Positions 50,476 through 64,000 of a DNA stretch of 64,000 nucleotides are shown here, one piece after another (position 1 is the first letter of the stretch; each line of letters starts with the position of its first letter). Origin of the DNA: Octopus vulgaris (taxonomy: Eukaryota); the NCBI GenBank assembly GCA_951406725.2, contig OX597831.1:1736001-1800000 (forward strand), in the 5' to 3' direction. Under the pieces are notes generated by a model. That model ran no database searches. It had not been told where the DNA came from and was given only the letters and a program-made list of their open reading frames with translations. The position numbers and the translations under genes are program-made.

Positions 50476-51630
50476 TTTGTCCAATGCTATGATGATTCTG
50501 CTGGCTCACCAGTTTCAAATACAGGCTTAAGGTCATGTTCATTGAAAAATAGTAGTGATTCGCTTGTTTGTTTTACATCTGCCTTTTCTATGCTTGCATG
50601 GGTTAGATGAACATGTTACTTAAGATATTGTTTTACAACCAGGTACCCTTCCTGATACTAACACTTACTTGATTTTTAAGTGAGGGTCAAAAATTTCACA
50701 TAGCTTTGAAGACATGAAGTGCTTAGCTGATTTCCTGACAGGAAAATCTTACACACTGCACTTTGATGCAAGCAAATGCAGTTGTAATCAAACACACACA
50801 TACACACTTGCATACACATACATAAATACATACACATCATCATTGTGTTAATGTCCACTTTTCCATGCTTGTATGGATCTTGCGGAATTCATTGAGACAA
50901 ATTTTCTATGAATGCATGCCCTTCCTGTCACCATCCTTCATCTGTTTCCAAGCTTGGTAATATTTCCCCATGACCAAACATATTTTCTTGGAAGATTGGA
51001 AATAGACACATCTTGTAAGATTGGTGAGGCTCATCTACAATATCACACGATGTCAAAGCAAGAACACACGAACGCACACTCAAGCACATACACATATTCA
51101 TATATATATATATATATCTATAATATATACAACAAACTGCTTTCAATTTCTGTTTACCAGATCTGCTTGCTATCGTACAAATCACTTGCTCAAGGTGCTT
51201 TGCAGTGGGACTGAACCCAAAATCATGTGGTTGAGAAGTGAATTTCTCAACCACATAACCATTCCTGTACCTCTAATAGATAATCCTTTCTACTAACGGC
51301 ACAAGCCCTGAAGTTTGTGGGAAGGAAAGTAGTTAATCACATCAACCCCAGTGTTTCACTGGTATTTAATTCATTGACCCTGAAAAGATGAAAAGTGAAG
51401 TTGACCTCGGCAGAATTTGAACTCAGAATGTAAGGATGGATGAAATGTTGCTAAGCGTTTGCCCAGCATGCTAACGATTCTCCCAGCTTACACCCTTGCT
51501 CCTATAATAAATAATAATAACAATAATTAATAACTCAAACCATGAATAATAAAGATAACAATGAAGCTATTTTTCTGTTCTATGCTTCATTCTATGAGCA
51601 AGTGTGTGTCACAAACTACAAGATTTATCA

Positions 51631-51679
<49 letters not shown>

Positions 51680-52480
51680 CTCAGTGTTATTATTTTAACA
51701 TATTTTCACCCCTGCTATTTGAATTTTCCCCTTATCAATGTCTTTACGCTTAGCTTCATTCCTCACTCTGTTGAAAGGGAAATATTATATAGGTTAGCAC
51801 TACCATAGTTGTGATGAGTGAAAGGAGCCGGGGGGGGGGGGGGTTATCCATCCAGAGAGGTGTAGTAGTGGGTTACAGTGAATGGAGTGAAGCCAAGGAG
51901 GCTCCTTATCTTCTGTACAACAACAACAACATCAGTAAGGACAACAATAACATCAACAACAACAACGATTGTATCTGGTGTAATTTAGAAGCTGTAGTAT
52001 GAGACATTTCATAATCTGTTCATGTTTGCCAATGTACCTTGTTTGTACAGGTAGATGTTACATTAGGATATGGGATAATGTGAAGGATGAAGAGAGGAAA
52101 GAACACTGATTATAGCAATGTATTTGCGTGTAACATCATCATCGTTTTAATGTCCACTTTTCCATGCTTGCATGAAGCAGATAGAATTTATTGAGGAAAA
52201 TTTTCCCTGGCCAGATGCTTTTGCTGTCACTAATCCTCACCTGTTTCCAAGTAATGTTATATTTCCCCATGACCAAACAAGTTTTCACAGAATATTGATA
52301 ATGACTGATACTCATTTACATCTATCACACACCCGTACCTGTACTTGCACTCACTCCCACATGGTCTTAATTCCACATACGCACATACACACATGCACTC
52401 ACAACCCCTGATATGTTATACTCCTGCACTCACTCACTCACACACACACACACACATACAACACACACACACACACACAC

Positions 52481-52915
52481 ACCTATGCTGAATTATTGAG
52501 CAATCTACAGTTACTCTACCCAGATTGCAAGTTCAGGCTTATACCTGTAATTACTGGAGCACTGGGATATGTAACACACTGCCTAAAACCAATCTTGAGA
52601 AATTAGGCTTCTCGAAACCAGAAAGGAGAAAGTGGATTTGAAGACTATATATCCAAACTATCACTGGAATTGGAAAAATCTGTAGAACTTTCCAGAAGTT
52701 TATCATTTAGGTATATATGCACATGTCTAGACATGCAATTATATGCATGAAAGTACACACATAAAATATACTAGTGTGCATATGCACTAATTGCAAACAC
52801 TGCACATATATGCACATACATGCAAAGTTGTTGAATGAAGGAGACTTGGATCTAGGTTAGAAACTGGCACCTTTTCTGTTTGCAAGAAATCTTGAAATAA
52901 AACTGATTAAGGACA
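52481..52915 (+). mobile_element. 3' end of an R4/Dong-type (RLE) non-LTR retrotransposon; a second shorter copy lies at 55448-55710
   Basis: YAELLSNLQLLYPDCKFRLIPVITGALG resembles the RLE-domain IPVIIGALG motif. The copies share a 3' UTR ending aataaaactga and both sit in CA/CATA repeats. Confidence 0.65.
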
Positions 52916-53811
52916 TACATGCATACATATGCACGCATGCCCAATCATAACTGTCTTGTCTATGGCAGACATGTGATTGAATTCTCATAGGTGATTCTGT
53001 CAGCTACTTTATGTCTAAGGAGTATTTTGCAAACAACTTGCACATGCAAGTGCTACTAGTCAAAAGCTCCACATACCGGAAGCCAGCAAGTGTATGGGGT
53101 CATCAGGAGAGAATGCACGCCGTTTCGGGGCCTACCTCTCGACGGCATCAATGCGCACCGGGCCCCCCTCACTGATATGAGGCCCCGCTTGCTAGATCAG
53201 CTGGTTATGAAGTTAAGCTCAATATCCTTCTAGCCATCGCTCATCGTCTCTTTTTAACCAAATCCAGTGGCTAGCCTTCTCCACTGTAGATTGGATATCA
53301 GTCATGGTGGTATTGACTTTACATCTTTCATTAGCTTCTTACGAGGAAAAAAAAAATACTTTTCAAATTTCTCAATCCTTGAAAATGAGCCAAAACAAAT
53401 TTACAATTATATTTTCAAAAGGCAGTCAGATGTTTTAATCATAGGCAAAGATGTGGCTGTGTGGTAAACTTCATGCTTCCCAACCATGTGGTCTTGGGCT
53501 CACTCTCACTATATGGCACTTTGGCCAAGTGTCTTCCAATATAGCCCTATGCCAACCAAAGCCTTGTGAATAGATTTGGTAATGAGAAACTTAAAGAAGC
53601 TAGTTGTTTATAAATCTAGAATTGTGACTGTGGTAAGAAGCTTGCATCCCAACCACATGGTTCCTGGTTCAGTTCCACTTAGGCAAGTGTCTTCTACTAT
53701 AGCCTCAGGCCAGCCAAAGCCTTGTGAGTGGATTTGGTAAGACAGAAACTGAAAGAAGCCTATCATATATATATATATATATATGACAGGCTTCTTGAAA
53801 GAGAGAGAGAG

Positions 53812-54320
53812 TTTTAGGTTAGTTAAAATATGTTTGTGTCATATTTCAACTTCTAAAGACAAATTCACTGCAGTTATTATGGAGAAAAAATTCTATCTTA
53901 TGGTAAAAGGTGCCCATTGTTGCCCTGTGAATTTGCCTTTAGAAGTTGAAATATGTCAGATACATATTTTAGCTAACCTAAAGTTCGCTTATACCCAAAC
54001 ACTGCTTCGTATTGATACGACTGAATTTCTTCTGATCAGGCAGTCCAATAGCACAACTCGGTCAATGTTGTTGACTGTTTTTAGTTAAAGCTATGACTTT
54101 AAATCTGCCCAGAATTACCTCTATTTGGTATTTCCCATTCAGGAAAGCTAAAATGGCTGAAATGCTGTGTCTGGCAATCCAATAGAGGACAAAACTTGGT
54201 AATATGGTATTTTTTTTTCCACAGTAACTGCAGTGAATTTGAAATATGTCACAAATATATTTTAACAAACCTAAAGTTCACTTATGCCTAAACACTACTT
54301 GGTGCTGATACTGCTGAATA
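53812..54320. repeat. Element with one inverted and two direct copies of a unit of about 60-90 nt
   Basis: 53812-53890 is inverted relative to about 53925-54026 and 54210-54319. Confidence 0.7.
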
Positions 54321-55358
54321 TATATATATATGTATAGATAGATAGGTAGAGATAGGTGTAGATATGTGAGCATCACAAAAGGAAAAAAAAACTACAGGAG
54401 GATGGAACGGAGAAAGGCAGGCAAGGGAGGTGTGAGAAACAAGAGAGAGAAGTAAGGAAACTAAGAAAGCCCTCCAGAAGTTACCATTATGAAAATAATA
54501 CTGGCTGACAAGAGATAATTTCTATATCATGTAAGTAAAAGGGAGATGTGCGGGGGATCTTCACCATAATTACTATCTTCTACTGAATCTGTCCTCACTA
54601 CTAGACTTTCAGGGTTGGCTTTCTGTCATGGCCCACATTGCTGTTTCTTCCCCCACCCCGTCACCATCAAGCCTTTTTCTTTCTTTCTTTCTTTCTTTTT
54701 TCTTTCTTTTTCTTTGTATTTTGTTGATTGTTCCACAATAAAGAGGTGGAAATGTTGAAACATTTTACTTTTTAATTAGTAGATTACTAGTGACAGGTTT
54801 ATGTGGGAAGCAAGCAGAACAGGTCTTCTTGTCGCAGAACAGGTCGTCCTTCTTGCAGAGTGGGTTGCCTTGTCGTAGAGACAGTCATTTTGTTGTCAGA
54901 GTGTGTCAATCACAGTTGCGTAGTTTAAGCTGTTCGCTTCCCAACTATGTCATTTTGGGTTCAATCCCACTGTGTGTCACATTGTGCAAGTATCTTCTAC
55001 TATAGCCCTGAACCAACTGAAACCTTACAAATCAATGTGGTTGATGGAAACTATAAGAAGCCTGTTGTGTGTGCATGTGTGTATGTGCATGACTCTATAT
55101 ACACACTCATACATATACATACATACACATGCATGCACATATGCACACACATACACATGCATGCACATATGTGCACATATAAAGGCAGCGAAATGGCAGA
55201 CTCATTAGCAGCATTTTGTCTGTCTTTAAGTTCTGAGCTCAAATTCCTCCAAGGTCAACTTTGCCTTTCACCGTTTTGGAATGTACCAGTTGATGTAATC
55301 AACTTGCCCCTTATCCCCAAATTTCACACTTTTTGCCTCTAGAAGAAATGGTTTACAT

Positions 55359-55407
<49 letters not shown>

Positions 55408-57021
55408 CTATCTCCCCCCCCTCTCTCTCTCTCTCTCACACACACATGATCCAAGCCATTACTGGAACTGTAAAAGTCTGTAAAACTTCCCAGAAGTTTA
55501 ACATTTAAATATATATGAGTATGTCTAGACATGCAACTATATGCAGGAGAGTATATACATAAAACAAAACATACATATGTGCATACATACATACATACCC
55601 ACTCGCCCACCCTGTCGATGTTGAAATTCCAATGGAGGAGCCTTGGATCTAGGTTAGAAACCAGCTCTTTCTCTATTGGCAAGAAATCTTGAAATAAAAC
55701 TGAATGACACATACGTACACAATAAATTAAAATTGGATCAGCCAGGGATTGAACCGGGGACTGTAATCTCCATTTCTCCGTTATCACTAGCTATTGTTAG
55801 ACCTCCAGTGTAATGAGACCCTCCTTAGATTTTGAAGTGTGGCAGCTGAGTGTTGAATGAGAGTGATAGTGTTGATGGGGTGGGTTGTTTTGTTTTTGTT
55901 GTTCTTTTTCTTTTTTGGTGGCGGAGAGGGGGTGGGGGGTGGAAGCTTTGGAGGTTAGTAAGAAGCTTGGGTAGAGACCGGGGGGGGGGGGGGGATGAGA
56001 TTTGCTTGTGTTTGTGTGTGTGAAGAGGAAGTGGGGTGCAAGAGACTGTGGGACTGTGGGAGAAGTGTGGGAGGCTGTGGAAGAAGAGTAAGTATGGAAG
56101 GTCGTAGGAGGAGGAAGAGGAGGAGGAGCGTGGGAAGTCATATGGAGGAATGGGTGGTCGTGGCAGGAGGGGTGGATGAAACAGGAAAAACTTTGGAGAA
56201 AGGAAAAAATATTGTATCATGCATGTGTATCAATTATTTGTGATGATGGTGGTGGTGGTGGTGGTGGTGTGTGGTGGTGGTGCTATTTATGACAGCAGGT
56301 AAGGTGATGGGAGTGGTGGAGATGGTGTGTGGTGGTAATGATGAGGGCGAAGATATTTATAATGGTAGGGTTGTTGCTATTCTTTAACCCAAGGTTAGCC
56401 TTAATCTGGCAGCTATATGATCAAAAGTGTTCCAGTTATGACCATTTTCATTATTTTTGCAGGCATAATGTATCTAGGACTACATTATCCAGTATGTCCT
56501 TAATTTTTTTCAAAACAGCAGTATGTGGTCCCAGGGAGATTTGGACATAAACAAACCAACACTAGTTGTCAAACGATGCTGGGGATACACACACACACAT
56601 ACACAGACAAACACATTCTCTATCTCACACACAAACATACTCTCTCTCTCTCCCAAACGCGCACACGTATACACACACACACTCACACACACAAACACAT
56701 TCTCTCTCCCACACACAAACGCACAACACACACAAACACATTCTCTCTCCCACACACAAACACACACACAAACATACTCGCTCTCTGCCCCACACACACA
56801 CGAATACACACACACATACATACAAACAAACACACTGTATCCCCACACACACACACACACAACAGGCTTCTTTCAATTTTTATCTGCCTGATCCACTCAC
56901 AAGGTTTTGTTCAGCTCGGGGCTACAGTAGAAGACACTTGCCTGAGGTGTCATACAGTGGAATACTCAGGCTGTGGCCATGTGGTTTGGAAGCAAACTTC
57001 TTACCATTCCCTGTTGTAGTT

Positions 57022-57125
<104 letters not shown>

Positions 57126-58630
57126 AAATTTTAGTTGAAATAAATAAAAGATATTTCACATCCCCAACCACCCCCACTTCGTCTTGACCCCCCCCCCCAT
57201 CTTCCCTCCTACAAGGATTATTTAACTAAAGAAACCCTTTCACTGCAAAGGATTTCAGAGGACCATTGTCAGATTAGATTCAGAGCTGTGTAAAATTTGT
57301 GTGTGTGTGTGTGAGTGTGAATATGTGTATGTGTACATAACTGTGAATGTTTGTGTGTATGTGTGTAAGCCTCTGAATGAATGTGTGTATGTGTGTGTAT
57401 ATATATACATAATTGTGAATGTTCATGTGTAGTGTGAGTGTGTGCATAAGTCTTTAATGAATGTGTGTGTGTGTGAATGTAAAATTGTATGAATGTGTGC
57501 ATGAATACAAGGGTGTAAGTCTTTATAAATGTGTGTGTGTGTGAGAGTGAATATATGTGACTGTGAGAGAGAGAGAGAGAGAGAGAGGGGGAATCTGTGC
57601 ATTTGAATCTGTGTTTGAATGTTGGTGACTGTGTGTAAATGTAGGCTTGAATCTGTGTGTGTATGTGTGAGTGTGGTATTTTCAGTCAATTAACTCCACT
57701 CTCACCTTCCACTTCACTGCTGAGTACAAGACAAGGGACTTTGTGACCCACAGGTTTTCATTTTTTTTTTTTTTTTGTTTTTTTTTTTACTCTGAACACT
57801 AGAATGGGAGTTGGCGGTGGTGATGATAGGGCTGCCTGATGTCACATATTGTCATACACTCACCTACATACACCACAAACCCATGCACACACTCACACAC
57901 ACACAAGCAGACATTTATGCTCACAGTTAGGGGTGGGTAGAGAGGAGACAATGTCAGCTAGTGAAGTAAATACACACACACACACACACACACACAGTCA
58001 GTCTCACTTAGAAAGTACATACATATTTAGTCCACCCAAATATATAAATACATATAATTAGATGCTACTAGATATCCCACATTCAAATGAACGTGCATGT
58101 ATGCATACACATACACAAATAGACAGACACACTCACATGCACACACACACACACTTAAAGACACACACTCTTATGTATGGAAATTTTTTTTGCTTATACT
58201 ACTCCCCTTCAAGGCCCACCACCCCACCATTTCTCTCGCTGACCCTTTCTTCTCTAATGTTAGGCCTTATCCAGCTCCTTTAATGCAATCCCTTCTTTAA
58301 ACACCTACCTCCCTGTCTGTTCTTACCACAGTCTCCCCATTCTTCCTGTTTCTCTCTCATTCTCCCCATTACATTTCTCTTTCTCTCCTCCTTTCTCATT
58401 TCCAATGTCCCTCTCTCTTTCTCTTTCTCTCCTTCTTGTATCTCTCTCACCCCTCCTCATAAACTCTCTCTGTAATGCAATATCAATTAAACCCTTTTGG
58501 TGTTGATAATCAAATTATTTCAACAGATTTTAATGAGATGCTCTGGGTAGATTATGTTGCAATGTATGTGAAGGGTGTCTATATGTGCATATGTGTTGTA
58601 TGCTTTGTATATATGTATGATATATATATA

Positions 58631-58662
<32 letters not shown>

Positions 58663-58822
58663 ATAAGTGCATGCATGGTTGTTTGGTTAGAAACTTGTTT
58701 TCCAACCACATGGTTTCAAGTTCAGTCCCACTGTGTGGCGCCTTGGGCAAGTGTCTTCTTCTCCATCCTTGGGCTGACCAAAGCCTTGTGAATGGATTTG
58801 GTAGACAGAAACTGAAAGAATC

Positions 58823-58852
<30 letters not shown>

Positions 58853-58854
<2 letters not shown>

Positions 58855-59865
58855 CCAGCTGTTGGACCCGGCGTTGCTCGTGTTTTCTGTGTTGAAGTTA
58901 AGCCCACCTTTGACCTTGTATTGAAATCTTCTATGTTCCCCGTGCCAACTATTACCAATTAAGATGTTATATCTGGTTCAGCATTCTCCTACATACTGGA
59001 CCATTTGAAATCACAGTCAAACATTTGGGTGTACCTCGACCCATTGAGAGTGATGTTTGTTTATTTCTCTCCCCTTAATGCTACCCTCTGTACAAAATTG
59101 ATCAGCATGTCCAATCTCAGCAAAATCTGAAGAAAAGTGTTAAGGTTATGTCATAAAATAGCATCCATGTGATTATTTACATGAAAATATCCCATTGACT
59201 TTTAAATCCCAATACATTATATAGATAATCGAGGTTTCATATGTCAAAGTGCATAATTTTACTCATGGATCTATTTGCTTCAAAATCAGTTCATTATTTT
59301 ATTTTGAGTGAATTTTGACGATTTCTGCCTTTCACCAGTTTAATTTTCTTTCTACTACATGACTCTGACAATAAACTTTACTTAAATGTCAAATTTCATC
59401 AAAACCGGATAAATTCTGTAAAAGTTACAGCATAAAATATTAATCCTATGGGTAATTACATACAAAAAGCCTATTGATTTCTTAAAATACCCTGCTCACA
59501 TGAAATTATCAATCTTTTGTCATCTCTTCATGCTGGCTTCAACGAATGGACATGAACTGCAATCACATATAAAATTTCTAAAACATCGATAAGAATGTCA
59601 CTAAGGAATTGCTTATTTGCATTTGTGCCCTTTTCAAGCCCTTTTGAATTAAATAAACACCTTTACTGTTTCCCTACCACAAAATTTACCTACATCTCAA
59701 ATTTCATTAAAATCAGATAAAAAATATAAAAGGTCTGGCCAAAAATAAAATCCCTATGGGTATTTGCACGCAAAAGGCCTATTGGTTATATAAAACTACT
59801 GCTCAGGCGCAATTATTGATTTTTTTGTCAATGCCATATACTGACATCAACTCACTGCCATGAGC
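58853..59865 (-). mobile_element. Helitron-like non-autonomous element with internal tandem units of about 300 bp, nested in a family B SINE (58667-60002)
   Basis: The minus strand ends cgagcaacgccggg...CTGG-T, a hairpin plus CTRR. Three diverged units start near 59110, 59390 and 59698. The SINE halves flank it. Confidence 0.6.
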
Positions 59866-60068
59866 CGTAACTTAGCGGTTCAGCAAAAGAGACCGATAGA
59901 GTAAGTACTAGGCTTACAAAGAATAAGTCCTGGGGTCGATTTGTTCGACTAAAGGCGCTGCTCCAGCATGGCCACAGTCGAATGACTGAAACAAGTAAAA
60001 GAGTATATATATATATATAAATTTTTTTTTCCTCCGTCTTCCCTTCTCTGGATCTTTCCTTTTCCTAT

Positions 60069-60103
60069 GTTTCTGACGAAGAGCTCCGCTCGAAACATAA
60101 AAC
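60069..60103 (+). ncRNA. Minimal hammerhead-like motif in a (TA)n-flanked Penelope-like remnant (about 60020-60207)
   Basis: GTTT-CTGACGA-A-GAGC(tcc)GCTC-GAAAC-ATA-AAAC. Confidence 0.5.
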
Positions 60104-60206
60104 CCTCCTTCTTCCCTTCCTTCCTGAGCGTCCAATAATACTATATTTGTTCCACGTCCTCGAGTTGTTGCGTTTTCTCTTTGTGTTTTCATGTTTGGAT
60201 TAACTT

Positions 60207-60310
<104 letters not shown>

Positions 60311-60685
60311 GAAGAAAGAAAGAAAGAAAGAGAGTGTGTAACTGATTTAAATAGTGTTTACTATAAAGCTCTCTGGGCAGAGGACTCAGGATATTATCTG
60401 CTGAGGAGTGAACACGTCAGAGAACAATCTTTTTAGTTTGCTGTTTACAAACAGAATAATGAAATATATTTACATTTTTGTTTACCTGCCACAGGATAGG
60501 CGTTACCTATTGTTGTCTATAACAAATAATTTTATCTGCGAATATGTGCTGAATAATAAGGTGCAGTAGATTGTGCTGAATTAGTTACTGACTACAAGGT
60601 CACTGTTTCAAATCTCACTATTGCCCACACTGTCATGCAGCTTTGAAGCAGGTTCCACTTTCATAGTTCAATGGTTTAAGTAGAT

Positions 60686-60917
60686 AAGGTGGCGAGCTGG
60701 CAGAAACGTTAGCACGCCGGGCGAAATGCTTAGCAGTATTTCGTCTGCGTTACGTTGTGAGTTCAAATTCCGCTGAGGTCGACTTTGCCTTTCATCCTTT
60801 CGGGGTCGATAAATTAAGTACCAGTTACGCACTGGGGTCGATGTAATCGACTTAATACCTATGTCTGTCCTTGTTTGTCCCCTCTGTGTTTAGCCCCTTA
60901 TGGGTAATAAAGAAATA
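60686..60917 (+). mobile_element. SINE family A, young copy (another at about 45078-45312)
   Basis: Near-consensus sequence with CpGs retained. Confidence 0.85.
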
Positions 60918-61729
60918 GGTTTAAGGTAGGATGGGCATTCAGCAGTTAATGCAATTGCTTTAATGACCACAACAAATCACACGCACATCCATAAAATAAA
61001 AAAATGCCAACAACATGAATATAAGCAAAAAAAACCTGCATTTATAACTTTATTTTCTAATATATTTTTTTATTTTTATTTATATGTTTTTGCTGATCTT
61101 TATTTTCCACCTCAAATTATATGCTTAAACTTACAGATTCAATGGTGTTTATTGAAATACAAGTGAAAATAGGGTGGGAAGTTTGAATATAAAAGCCGGG
61201 GAAAACAATAGAAGAAAATATATATATAAAAAAAAAAAAAAATCAATGCATATCTTAAATAAGGTTTCCTTTGTGTTGATTTCACTTATTACATGTACGC
61301 ATGAAGAAGAAAAACAAAACAAAAAAAAACCCTCACTCAGACACTCCTGTGAAAGGCACATGAGTTTCTTCTTTCTCCCCCATTTCCTCTCTCCAGCACC
61401 CAACCTTCCTCTCTGTCTGTGCCACCCTTTGTCTTCAAATATTAATATGCATACACATGAATGCAGTCATTTGAGAGGCACATATGCAGATACAACAGCC
61501 TCTCTCTCCCTCTCTCTTTCTCTCTGTCTTCTTTTGTTTCTTCCTCTCTTCCTTTCTCCATCTGTATCATGCTCCAGTGGCACATTGATTGCCAATTGGT
61601 CATTTGGCAATCAATTCGCAACAGTTTATTACCATAAATTACTTTTTAACATATTTAATGCAGTGAGTCATTTCATATATATACACATATATAAATTTAT
61701 ATATATACACACACACACACACATACATA

Positions 61730-62010
61730 TATTGTCTAATCAATAAGTATCCGGATTGTTGTCATAGTAATGAAGCTAAAACACATAGAGTGAAGCCACT
61801 TGGCACAGATTGACCTTGAACTTTGCTGTGCATGCACTCTTAGTTTTAACATTCTAGCTCACTTCCACTGTTTACAGCAGTGCTTGGAAGGAAGGTGTGT
61901 AGCATGTGATCATCATATTAACCATGACAGATAAAGGTGAGCAGAGAATCTGCATCAAATTTTGCCAAAAGCTTGACAATACCTGCTCAGAGGCCTACAC
62001 AAAGCTTTCA
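61730..62010 (+). mobile_element. 5' fragment of a mariner transposon
   Basis: From the ATG at 61924 it reads MTDKGEQRICIKFCQKLDNTCSEAYTKL, resembling the mariner N-terminal EQRxxIKFC motif. Confidence 0.65.
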
Positions 62011-62221
62011 CTATTTCAAAGTTTTTGTTATTGTTTAGTTCCAGATCAACCCTGATTCAACAGACCCATTATCAAAGGCATTCCGGACCTGACCATTCCA
62101 AATTTTCCTGTGTGCAAGGAATGCAAAGCCATGCCATCCAATGTCCATTTTTTAAGTTGAGTGATACTGAGTGATTTGGCTGCTATTATTAACAAGTTAC
62201 TCATGTACAACAGTTGCTCTC

Positions 62222-62340
62222 TAGTAAAATCCCACTGGATCTTATACTCATTGTTCTCAGTGATGCCTTCTGGTTCATGTTTGTACCATTTCTGTGCTGT
62301 GTGCAGATTGTACTTTTCACTCAGTCTCCAGTGAATTATA
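62222..62340 (-). mobile_element. R4/Dong-type retrotransposon coding fragment
   Basis: IHWRLSEKYNL...KWYKHEPEGITENNEYKIQWDF resembles the R4/Dong WYEHxP...ENxxxKILWDF motif. Confidence 0.65.
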
Positions 62341-62351
62341 ATCATCATTAG

Positions 62352-62829
62352 TATTGAGTGAGAGGGCAGTGTATGCCATCAAAGTGACATTGGGGTACAA
62401 TTATATGAAGCCCAATATACCCATCATGACTACCAGTCTGATTAAGAGTACACCAGACACCTGCATCACAGCCTTATGTGTGCAACATGGTGATCTTATA
62501 TCAAGTGTGGCTCAGTGAGAATTCTCTTGAGGTTGAGTAGCTCATCCAGCTCAAAAGGTCCCTGGATAAGAGCTGTTTAAGGATGTTGAACGAAACACCC
62601 ATATTTTCAGAAGTAAATTATTCAAATCTCAAGGAATTCCTCTCAACACATGGTTATGATGCTCACCCATTACATCTGCTTGTGATCAGAGATACACATA
62701 TCATCACATGCTCAACTGGTTACGGTCAAGCGACTGACAAACGAATTTGTGAGACAAAACAGTGAACACGATAACGCTTTCAATCAGTTAAGATCAAAAG
62801 TCATGAGAACTAGTGACTGATACTGCATC

Positions 62830-62830
<1 letters not shown>
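62352..62830. repeat. (TTA)n-associated interspersed repeat; a partial copy lies at 25381-25565
   Basis: Both copies share tattgagtgagag.gcagtg...cccatcatgactacc. Confidence 0.6.
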
Positions 62831-62881
<51 letters not shown>

Positions 62882-64000
62882 TTATGTAACTTTCAAAGAA
62901 TTCTAAATATAGCATTCATATACTCACTTATGTACCTATGCATACATGTACTCATAGATGCACATGTACTCATAGATATGTGCATACTCATACAAGAAGG
63001 ATACACACACAGGCATATACACATGCACACATACACACACGCACACATTTCCATGTAGACACAGACATTTCTACACACACACACACACACACTTTCACAC
63101 AGACCCATGCTCACATATACGTATACTTTAAAATAAAGATCAAGTTAGAGATGCTACTTTTGTTAACCCTATCCTCACCCTCCTATTGTTTAGATTTCAT
63201 CTGATAATGTTAACGATGATAACAGACTGGATTCTGGCTTATTGTCTGTTTGTCAGTGTGTGTTGTTATGGTCTGTGTGTGTGTGTTGTTATGGTCTGTG
63301 TGTGTATGTTGTTACGTTCTGTGTATGTATGTTGTTACTGTCTGTGTGTGTTGTTACTGTGTATGTGTGGATGTATACACATGTACATAGTCACACATAT
63401 ACACACAAGGGAGACTATCTAAATAAAGTACTCAAAGCATTTTAATGCTGAAAGATTATATTTATTGATGTTATATATGTGTGTGTGCATGTATGCACGT
63501 GTGTATATCAATCAGTGTGTGTGTTTGTTTATGTATGTTTGTATATATATATATATATATATATATCTTGAGACCGATAGAATAAGTACTAGGCTTACAA
63601 AGAATAAGTCCCGGGGTCAATTTGCTCGACTAAAGCCGATGCTCCAGCATGGCCACAGTCAAATGACTGAAACAAGTAAAAGAGTAAATATACATACACA
63701 CACACATGTGTGTGTACTTACATATGTACTTACACGTGTGTGTGAGTAATATACTTTTATATCCTTAGAGAATTTTCTTGATTCCTTTCTTTTCAATCAA
63801 CCATTCAAAATGTAACTAATTAAGACTATCTCATTAAGACTAGATTAATGTGTGTTAGATAGCTTCTTCCTCACCCCTTTGCTTCCTGCCTTCTTCTCCC
63901 CCTAATTTTTTAATTGGATCATCAATTTCTTTCTCCTTCTTATACTATCTCAGCACAGAAACAACATTTAAATTAACGAGTGTAATTAATGATAATGAAG

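Noticed and set aside
53100-53132. Type II hammerhead on the minus strand
   Set aside because: The stem II strands cannot pair (cccc against cccc), and the triplet would be GUG rather than NUH.
52040-54000. Candidates for the next FERM exon (acceptor-like sites near 52050, 52710 and 53959)
   Set aside because: None translates to the expected RYLF.LQLK sequence. They hit stops or lie in retroelement sequence.

Overview
Eukaryotic, AT-rich, repeat-dense intronic DNA. The tRNA-derived SINEs resemble the octopus OK/OR types and microsatellites are very dense, which points to an octopus (coleoid cephalopod) genome; this is inference, not a database match. The supplied ORFs are almost all microsatellite or repeat artefacts, apart from a few decayed transposon frames. 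One real gene is visible: three consecutive + strand coding exons (5813-5917, 13068-13110, 47461-47539) with canonical GT-AG sites and matching phases. They encode the N-terminal FERM domain of a Yurt/EPB41L5-EPB41L4B-type band 4.1 protein, and the gene runs off both ends of the window. The rest is SINEs, TTAA-flanked MITEs, Tc1/mariner, Helitron/HINE, R4/Dong and RTE remnants, a tiny solo-LTR-like insert, palindromes and tandem repeats. Best finding: an inverted copy (about 7502-7782) of the polypyrimidine tract, 3' splice site and 5' half of the 105-nt exon. Its differences are skewed toward G-U wobbles in the sense pre-mRNA, so it is a candidate ADAR editing-complementary or splice-site-masking duplex. 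Also notable: minimal hammerhead-ribozyme-like motifs and a set of palindromes, several carrying degenerate hammerhead-like cores (Penelope-like remnants).
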